From positions 108,810,001 through 108,874,000 of the forward strand of contig NC_135889.1 in the NCBI RefSeq assembly GCF_964194155.1: 64,000 nt of DNA, written 5' to 3'. Origin of the DNA: Cetorhinus maximus. Its lineage: Eukaryota. This document shows, piece by piece, positions 61,324 through 64,000 of this stretch. Position numbers and translations under genes: made by a program. Positions within the stretch are counted from its first letter, which is position 1. Every line of letters starts with the position of its first letter. Under the pieces are notes generated by a model that saw only the letters and a list, made by a program, of their open reading frames with translations, did not search any database and was not told the DNA's origin.

Positions 61324-61754
61324 TCACCTGAAATTGTATACATGTTTGTTGGATTGTTTAAACGTTTTTCCATAAAGAGTAATTGTAAAAAACCAAATGG
61401 GGAGGAATGTGGTATCTGGATGTATAGTCACTCCCTCCTGCCAATCATAGGTCATGTGACGTACTGTGGGGGCTCTGACAAGTGAGCTCTTAGCATGGGA
61501 AATCCGGGAGCAGGGCTTTTCCGATGAGAGTTCTGGTCAAGCGTGCAAGCACCAAAAATGCCCCTATAACAAAGCTCAACTGTTTCTTGATGAAACCAGT
61601 GTGCTCCATAGAGCCGTCACATTACCATTGGAAAACCCCTCTTGCCATTCATTCCATGTTGTCTACAGTGAATTTTGTAAAAGGCCATATCAAGATCATA
61701 ATGCTAAATTAGGGTCAACCAATTTCCTCCTTCTTTCTTACGAAAAGGACTAAA

Positions 61755-62190
61755 TTATGAGGACGTGTTGCACAAACCAGACTTGCATTCGCTTGAGGGC
61801 TGAAAATTAAGGAATGATCTAATTGAGGTGATTAAGAAGATTAAAGGATTCAATAAGTTAGCTGGAGAGAAACGATTTCCTCTGGTGGGACAGCCTGAAA
61901 CAAGTGGGCATAACTTAAAATTGAAGCTAGGCTGTTCATGGATGACACCAGAAATACTTCTTCACACAAAGGGTAGTGGAAATCCGGAACACTCCCTGCC
62001 AAAAAAGCTCTTGAGGAAGGACCGGGGCGGGGTGGTCAATAAAAAATTTTGAAACTAAGCTTGATATATATTTGTTGGTATTAAAGTATACAGAAGGAAA
62101 GTGGATAGATGAAATTTAGATGCAGGTTAGCTATGATCTTATTGAAAAATGGAATGCGATAGAGGGGCTGAATGGCCGACTTCTGTTTCT
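61755..62190 (+). mobile_element. Old CR1 3' end
   Basis: DLIEVIKKIKGF...TTCTTCACACAAAGGGTAGTGGAAATC. Tail AGGGGCTGAATGGCCGACTTCTGTTTCT. Confidence 0.75.
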
Positions 62191-62194
62191 ACGT

Positions 62195-62260
62195 CAGGGA
62201 TTACCGAACTGTGTGTCGTGACCCCCAGTGGGGTCACAGGGTAGATTTTAGGCTCGTGAG
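62195..62260. mobile_element. Possible hAT-type terminal fragment
   Basis: CAGGGATTACCGAACTGTGTGTC followed by hairpin GTGACCCC-AGT-GGGGTCAC resembles hAT/Charlie left ends. No second end seen. Confidence 0.35.
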
Positions 62261-62279
62261 CTCCAAGGCCACAATAGTG

Positions 62280-62915
62280 GATTTTATTGCAAAGGGATTG
62301 GAGTACAAGAATAAAGAAGTCTTGCTGCAATCGTACCGAGTTTTGGTGAGACCACATCTGGAGTACTGTGAGCAGTTTTGGTCTCCACATTTAAGAAAGG
62401 ATACACTTGCATTGGAGGGGATACAGTGAAGGTTCACTAAATTGGTCCCTGGGATGGGGGGGTTGTCCTATGATGAGAGGCAGAGTAAATTGGGTTTAAA
62501 TTCACTGGAGTTTAGAAGAATGAGAGACTATCTCATTGAAACCTGTAAAATTCTGAGGGGCTTGATTGGGTGGACACTGAGAGATTGTTTCCACTGGCCG
62601 GGGAATCTAAAACACAGGGGCACAGTCTCAGGATAAGGGGCCGACCATTTATAACTGAGATGAGGAGAAATTACTTCACTCAAAGGGTTGGGAATCTTTG
62701 GAATTCTCAACCCCAGAGAGTTGTGGATGCTCCATCGTTGAATGCATTTAAGGCTGGGATAGAGAGATTTTCGGTCTCGCAGGGAATCAAAGGATATAAG
62801 GAGCAGGCAGGAAAATTGAGTTAAAACCCAAGATCAGCCATGATTGTATTGAATGTTGAGCAAGCTCGATGGGCCATGTAGTCTACTCCCGCTCCTATTT
62901 CTTGTGCTCTCGTGT
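62280..62915 (+). mobile_element. CR1 3' fragment
   Basis: FIAKGLEYKNKEVLLQSYRVLVRPHLEYCEQFWSPHLRKD...RRNYFTQRVGNLWNS. Confidence 0.9.
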
Positions 62916-62960
62916 ATTTGACTTAGTTTTGACAACATTGAGTCCCCTTTAAATGTCCAT

Positions 62961-64000
62961 GGGCTGAATTTTCCCTTTGGCGCGTGGGGGCGGGCCCCAC
63001 ACTTCTGTGCGTAAAATGACACACGGTGACGTCAGGCGAGCATCCCGACGTCAATGCGCGCCATCGTGATATTTCACTGAGCGGGTGCACGATGATGTCC
63101 AAGGCACGCCCGCCATTAATTAACGGGCTAACCCTTAAGATGCCAATCAATGCCGATTTTTCGGTGCCCGTGCGATCTTCGGCTCGGCGCACAGGTGCAA
63201 CGGACAGGCGGGTAGGACACATTTGCATTAACCTCATCCACGGGCGGGATAAGAGGGGTCAGTGGGATCGCGAGTGTGCACAGTCAAGCATTTATTTGTA
63301 AAAGTTTTTGAAACTTGCCTGTGTGATCTGCAGTACTTCAAAACGCATACCAGCCGCTTGGTCTGGACTCTTAACCTTCAGGTCAGCACTCTGCAGTGAG
63401 GAATCTTTTTTGGGCATACAGGTTTCAGGAAGCCTTCCCTTAGCCTGGGAATGGGAGCTGAACTCTCCACTGGAGGCACCTCCTCTGAGGAGGAAGGGAG
63501 GGCTAGAAGGGGGAGGAGGCCAGGAGTGCACATTCAGCCTCCAGGGGAGCCACCTTTGGGAGGACAGGTGCAGGCACAAAGGGCGCAGGGCCAAGAGGTA
63601 GTCCAAGGTGGAAGGGGCTGCAGAAGATGCCACTATCCTGCTGCCAGGGTATACAGGCGGCGAAGCAGCTACCTCAATATGACTGAGGTGCAGTGCCGAA
63701 GGAGGGTCCATCTCTCAAGGGAGACAGTCAACTATATCTATCAGACAATAGGGCCTGAGATCTCCGCTCAGGAGATATGGGTGGACACCCCATGCCAGTG
63801 GATCTGAAGGTCACAGTTGCCCTCAACTTCTATGCCTCTGGCTCCTTCCAGGGGTCGGTGGGTGATCTTTGTGGTGTCTCCCAATCAGCTGTCCACACTT
63901 GTGTCAAGCAGGTTACAGACGGGCATTGACCTTCATCCACTTCCGCTATGTCCAAGCAAGTCAGGCACAGCGAGCCAGAGGCTTCACGGCCATTGCTGGC
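62961..64000. mobile_element. PIF/Harbinger transposon, nuclease-side end; runs off the window
   Basis: TIR GGGCTGAATTTTCCC after CAT. 62961-63361 resembles the reverse complement of 21165-21548. Confidence 0.9.
63451..64000 (+). pseudogene. Harbinger DDE nuclease (HARBI1-like), N-terminal part, frameshifted
   Basis: RVYRRRSSYLNMTEVQCRRRVHLSRETV, frameshift, HPMPVDLKVTVALNFYASGSFQGSVGDLCGVSQSAVHTCVKQVTD. Confidence 0.88.

Larger units (their letters stand above)
57022..61621 (+). mobile_element. Full-length decayed Ty3/Gypsy LTR retrotransposon
   Basis: LTRs 57022-57236 and 61408-61621 (TG...CA). PBS-like TTGGCAACAAGG at 57238. PPT GGGGAGGAA at 61399-61407. 5-bp TSD CTACC/TTACC (one mismatch). 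Confidence 0.95.

Noticed and set aside
1-64000. CRISPR arrays, operons or other prokaryotic systems
   Set aside because: No regularly spaced repeat-spacer structure and no dense ORFs. Content is vertebrate TE-rich DNA.
1-64000. Genuine tRNA or rRNA genes
   Set aside because: All tRNA-like motifs are SINE heads with degenerate boxes attached to SINE bodies. No rRNA-like sequence recognised.
63451-64000. Host HARBI1 gene
   Set aside because: It sits 490 bp inside a TIR, is frameshifted and has a sister element in the window, so it is a transposon copy and not the domesticated gene.

Overview
Eukaryotic, repeat-rich window. The repeat repertoire (CR1 and L2 LINEs, Deu-domain tRNA SINEs, Penelope-type termini, GGGCAGAATTTT-ended Harbinger elements) points to a vertebrate, most likely a cartilaginous fish; this is an inference. 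I found no host protein-coding exon that I can support and no prokaryote-type system. Nearly all long ORFs come from decayed transposons. Main elements: (1) a 3.47-kb PIF/Harbinger element (18079-21548) with an intron-containing Myb/SANT-like gene and an internally deleted nuclease; (2) a related Harbinger entering at 62961; (3) several Harbinger MITEs with 3-bp TSDs; (4) a full-length decayed Ty3/Gypsy element (57022-61621); (5) a second, nested Gypsy (37593-43101); (6) a solo LTR; (7) two inverted copies of a CR1/L2-group LINE plus a SINE sharing its 3' tail; (8) Penelope-type insertions with TSDs and degenerate hammerhead motifs. Least-explained signals: three short local duplications that cross element boundaries (one inverted, 199 bp; one filling a deletion that ends in a MITE hairpin), repeated secondary insertions into the last ~140 bp of L2 tails, a fold-back of two SINE tRNA heads, and a CpG-retaining non-repeat block near 3.4-3.7 kb with splice signals on both strands. 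All alignments and counts were done by eye.
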